Shown: piece after piece, positions 63,077 through 64,000 of the stretch | How the letters are laid out: each line of letters starts with the position of its first letter | How positions within the stretch are numbered: position 1 is the stretch's first letter | Position numbers and translations under genes: made by a program | From: Octopus sinensis | Lineage: Eukaryota | Direction of reading: 5' to 3' | Length of the DNA stretch: 64,000 nt | Assembly (NCBI RefSeq): GCF_006345805.1 | Contig: NC_043002.1 | Location: 76,756,001 to 76,820,000, forward strand | Notes under the pieces: generated by a model | Seen by the model: only the letters and a program-made list of their open reading frames with translations | Databases searched by the model: none | What the model was told of the DNA's origin: nothing

Positions 63077-64000
63077 TTATTTCGTCAAATTTGCCACGAT
63101 GACATTACAAAGAGGGGACGAACAAAGACAAACAAACATAAAAAGGTGAAGTAGCTGCTAATCGATTAAAAAACAGTCTCGGATGATAGGTGAATCCTGA
63201 AACAATATATATAGTTTCAAAATTTTTAAAAATTTTACGTTCATTGCGACTTGCAATGTATTACCTAAAGGCATCCTGCAACCTGGGTAGAACATTTACT
63301 TTTCATCTTGAATACACTTACTTGGTGCCAATCACACCCAACTTACTTTCCACAGGTTTCCATCTTTTAACAAATATATCCTGTAACAGACACTTCTTCT
63401 CCAGCCTGATCTTACTATTGAGGTGGTAACTAAAGAAGTTGACCAACCCCTGGCCAGAGACAAAGGTACCTGTCACTATGCCTTTCACACGCGTCTTCCA
63501 TACTGTTTCTTTCATATGGCTACTACGCAGGAAAAACAGGTCTTCCTTTCCCTGGTAAGGGAAGAAGGTGGCACGATCTTGATGATAGACTCAGCCGATA
63601 GCTGTACTCTTCCCATCATTGATATCAGTTGTTCGACGAAAGCTATCAGTCCCGATAATTCCAGACACTCCACGAATGCATGCAAGATGGTTTCCCTATC
63701 CTGCCCACATCTCGGGCATGTCAGCGAGACGGCACTTCCGTGCCTTGAAAGCTTGTCACGAACCGGTAACGCCGCACGGAAGCACTGCCAAGCTAGGGAT
63801 TTCTTGTAATTATTCAGATACCCCGGCCTGAACGTTTTCCTGAACAGGTTGATTAACTGATTTTCATCGTAGCCCAAGGTCTCCCCTAAGGCGTCTTTGG
63901 AATTGATTTCTACTAACCCACTATAAAAATCCGCGGTGGAACTCCAGCTGCCGGCATTGCCTGTACAAGAGAATAGCTGAAGTGCCTGACAATACTCCAA
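63077..64000 (-). mobile_element. Tx1/L1-clade LINE copy 2, 3' end (runs off the window)
   Basis: ORF 63512-64000 LAWQCFRAALPVRDKL...CPRCGQDRETILHAFVEC; 3' UTR homologous to 59782-59860. Confidence 0.85.

Overview
AT-rich, repeat-dense animal genomic DNA, most likely an octopus or other coleoid cephalopod (inferred from the SINE families and the (TA)n/(TATG)n load, not from a database search). The only protein-coding gene I can support is the 3' end of groucho/TLE on the + strand: four exons at 649-760, 2791-2873, 5285-5465 and 7407-7514, followed by a probable long 3' UTR. The remaining ~52 kb is a mosaic of tRNA-headed SINEs, RTE, CR1, CRE and Tx1/L1 LINE remnants, an internally deleted Ty3/gypsy LTR element, a mariner transposon, piggyBac and hAT MITEs and microsatellites. 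The most notable signal is a set of minimal type I hammerhead ribozyme motifs, read by eye on both strands, inside small non-coding elements bounded by (TA)n. These include a 535-nt-period tandem pair with retrozyme-like layout (49066-49914), an inverted canonical pair (17898-18599), a U3-A8 compensatory core variant (15843-15883) and a copy masked by a perfect 57-bp hairpin (58043-58205). A second notable signal is two head-to-tail Tx1/L1-like LINE copies whose 3' ends abut the same motif from a SINE head, suggesting target-specific insertion. All structures and identities were judged by eye; no folding, alignment or database search was run.
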